From Eledone cirrhosa (Eukaryota), in NCBI GenBank assembly GCA_964016885.1, contig OZ024761.1, positions 10,664,001 to 10,728,000 on the forward strand: 64,000 bases of DNA, read 5' to 3'. The notes beneath the pieces were generated by a model. That model was not told the origin of the DNA and did no database searches. It was given only the letters and a program-made list of their open reading frames with translations. Position numbers and translations under genes: made by a program. Of the stretch, positions 60,880-64,000 are shown in pieces (positions within the stretch are counted from its first letter, which is position 1; every line of letters starts with the position of its first letter).

Positions 60880-63047
60880 ACTTTGAACTTTGAATAACTT
60901 TGAAATGTTTTGGCCAGTATTGGCCCAGGCCATGTCTAACTTAATAGCACCACCTGGCGAAGTCTTTCAATTCAGGATTTGGGCACCATGGCCCATTCGA
61001 GAAGAAAATTACTGTTTGCGGAGACATATCCGGGTGTGGGTGGTTTGTCCGGGATTACTTGGAGGAATTTGTCCAAAGACTTCTTGAATTTTGTGTGGTC
61101 AGTTTCTGTTTTGACGTGTCCTGGTGTGATGTTGAAGAGAGCAGGGCCGATTGAGGTGAAATAATTGTGCCGTATTGTTGTTATGAGTTGCGATTTAGAT
61201 TTTTGAATGGGACGGATAGCACGGGGCCCAAGCCTTGGGTGTATCTTGAAGGCGATGCCAACATCATTTGGGCAGTGATGATGGAACATTTTCCACATCA
61301 TGCAGATAATATAACGCCACGGCGACGTTGGAGTGAGTAAAGTTTCAGGTTTTCCAATCGACCCCAGTAGTCAAGGTCTGACATGCCATCTATCTTTTTC
61401 GTGATTGCCCTTTGAGGAGCTTCAAGTTTCATGATACTTTGTTTCGTGTGGGGAGACCACAGTGGACAACAGTATTCAAGGTGTGGTCGGGCGAAAGTAG
61501 AGAAGAGAAGGATAATGGTGCGGGAATCTCTCGACTGGAAGGTTCTGAGGATCCAGGAACACATTCTGCGGGCCATGTCAACTTTGCTGCTTATATGCGT
61601 GGTCCAGCTTATGTTGCTGTCCACGGTTACTCCCAAGTCTCTGATGTTGTTAGATGCCACGAGAGTTTCCCCGGAGGGAAGGGAGTACGGGAGTTTCAGA
61701 GCATCCTCTTTTCCAAAGTGGATCAGTTCGAATTTATCTTCGTTCAGTAACATGTTGTTCTTTTCTGCCCATTGGGTAACAGCCAGTAGGTCTGACTGAA
61801 GGCTTATCCGGTCATCCACGCCATTGATGACCTTTTGGAGCTTGGAATCATCAGCGAAAATTTTAATGTTGCTGTGTTTGATGATGTCAGTGATGTCATT
61901 AATATAGATGATGAAGAGAAGTGGGCCCAACACAGTGCCTTGTGGGACTCCACTACTGACTTTGGCTGGGCTTGATTTGACTCCCTCAACTACAACATGT
62001 TGGGTTCTGTTTGACAGGAAGCTCTTGATCCACTGCAGCAGCTTTCCAGTGACACCAATATTGGACAGCTTTCTCAGTAGAATGCTATGATCAACCCTGT
62101 CAAAGGCCTTGCTGAAATCAAGGTAGATAACATCAGTGTTGGAACCCTCTCCCAAGGCTCTCAAAATGTCATCAAAGTGATGCAGTAGTTGCGTCAGGCA
62201 ATCCCTTCCATTACGGAATCCATGCTGGTTGGAGTTCAGCATATTGTTACTCTCAAGGAAGTGGGTCATTCGCGATCTCACCACTCGCTCAAATACCTTA
62301 ATGATATGAGAGGTGAGTGAGATTGGACGGTAATTCACGGCAAGGGATTTGTTTCCCTTTTTGAAAACTGGGACAACAGACTGGGATAGAAGGTTTTCTG
62401 GCACATATCCAGCATCCAGTGAGTTCCGCCACAGATTGGCAAGAGGAAAAGCAAGTTGGTGTTGACACGCCTTCAAGACACAAGCAGGGAACCTATCGGG
62501 ACCTACTGCTGAATTATGCTTGATTTCCTTTATTGCCGCCAAGACATCAGGGGCGCCAAACGTTATGTCCGATAAGGTGTAATGGGGAGTAACATCGCCG
62601 ATACAGCCCAGATCGGCCATATCAGGATTGCTGAAAACAGAGCAGTATTGTTTCTGCAGTATCTCACCCATGGTTTTAGCATTGTCTTGAAGAGTGCCAT
62701 TTTCATCAATTAGAGGGCCAACAGTAGAGCCAGTGATTTTGTGTTTTTTGCAAATGAAAAGAACACTTTGGGATTGAGTTTGATCTTCTCAATGGCCCAG
62801 GCCTCTTCAGCTCTTCTCTGATTGTTGATGAGGGACATTATGTTGTTTTGGAGGTTATGTTTTTTAATCTCTAGTGATGAAATGGCAGTCAAGTTGATGT
62901 GTTGCTGCTGACAGTATTTCAGCTTGTTGATTTTTTTGTTCGTTCTCTTAATTTTTCTGATGAGTGTTTTTCTATTTCTAGGGATTCTGCTCTTAGATTT
63001 GTTTATAGTTCTTAATGGGGTGTGTTTAGCACATATGTTTGTAACAG
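60880..63047 (-). mobile_element. Second CR1-type LINE family, 5'-truncated, frameshifted
   Basis: [37 protein letters not shown] and LEYCCPLWSP, with a TTCAAAG repeat tail; flanked by (TA)n. Confidence 0.92.
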
Positions 63048-63350
<303 letters not shown>

Positions 63351-64000
63351 ATACTTTGGGAGGGTCATGTTGCCAATAAGAAACACACGCACCAGTTGCT
63401 TTCACTTCAATTTAATTTAATATATATTTATAAATTTACAAATTTATAAATTTCTGGTTGGTTGGTTGGTTCCACAACCAGATAGTTGATTATATATATA
63501 TAGTCATAGTTCTTTCGTCACACACTCTGTGACCTCTTCAGTGACTGGGGATTTCTTTCTTCGTTTCTGTGCCTTTCCTTTCTTCTATCCTACGCCATTT
63601 TGTTTGTGTGTGGGTTGCGTGCTCAGTTTGCGCATGCGCCACATCCGGGTGTCTGTGTGTGTTTGTGTTCATTTTTCTATTTTTCTATTTATATTTGTTT
63701 GTTTATTTATTTATTTATTGTTGGTTGGTTGTTTGTTCTATGTGTGTGTGTGTTTTCATTTTGTCTTGTGTGTGTTTTCATTTTGTGTGTGTTTTCAATT
63801 GTAAGTTGTTTGTTCTATGTGTGTGTGTGTTTTCATTTTGTCCTTAATTGTAAGTTGTGATGTTGCTGTTCCACTCATATTTTCTATTTAATTTTGGTTT
63901 TAATTCTTTTATGCTTACTGCCTCTGTAATTTGCCTAAACATTGCGTCTTTCTTGTGTGTGGATTCTATTTTTATTTCTATGCTCTCTAATTTACCCCTG

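Overview
Eukaryotic (animal) genomic DNA, very AT- and microsatellite-rich. The repeat types resemble an octopus/cephalopod genome (inference). The only host genes are two tandem minus-strand paralogs of peroxisomal sarcosine/pipecolate oxidase (PIPOX-like), which share exon sizes. Copy A has exons 1-5 in the window and runs off the left edge. Copy B has exons 2-8, and its first coding exon was not found. The rest is mobile DNA. (1) A disrupted Helentron/Helitron2-type rolling-circle transposon whose Rep-PIF1 helicase is fused in frame to an apparently intact USP (peptidase C19) deubiquitinase domain. (2) A 12.8-kb nested complex of two Naiad-type Penelope-like retroelements with long inverted arms and several type I hammerhead ribozymes. 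(3) Two fold-back palindromes with hammerhead motifs on both strands. (4) A full-length U6 snRNA copy fused to a CR1-type LINE tail. (5) RTE fragments carrying a PHD finger or three C2H2 fingers. (6) An R4/Dong-type fragment inside a multi-kb TA satellite. (7) CR1-type LINEs, tRNA-derived SINEs and MITEs. Most ORFs in the track are microsatellite artefacts. All calls come from reading the sequence by eye; no database searches were run.
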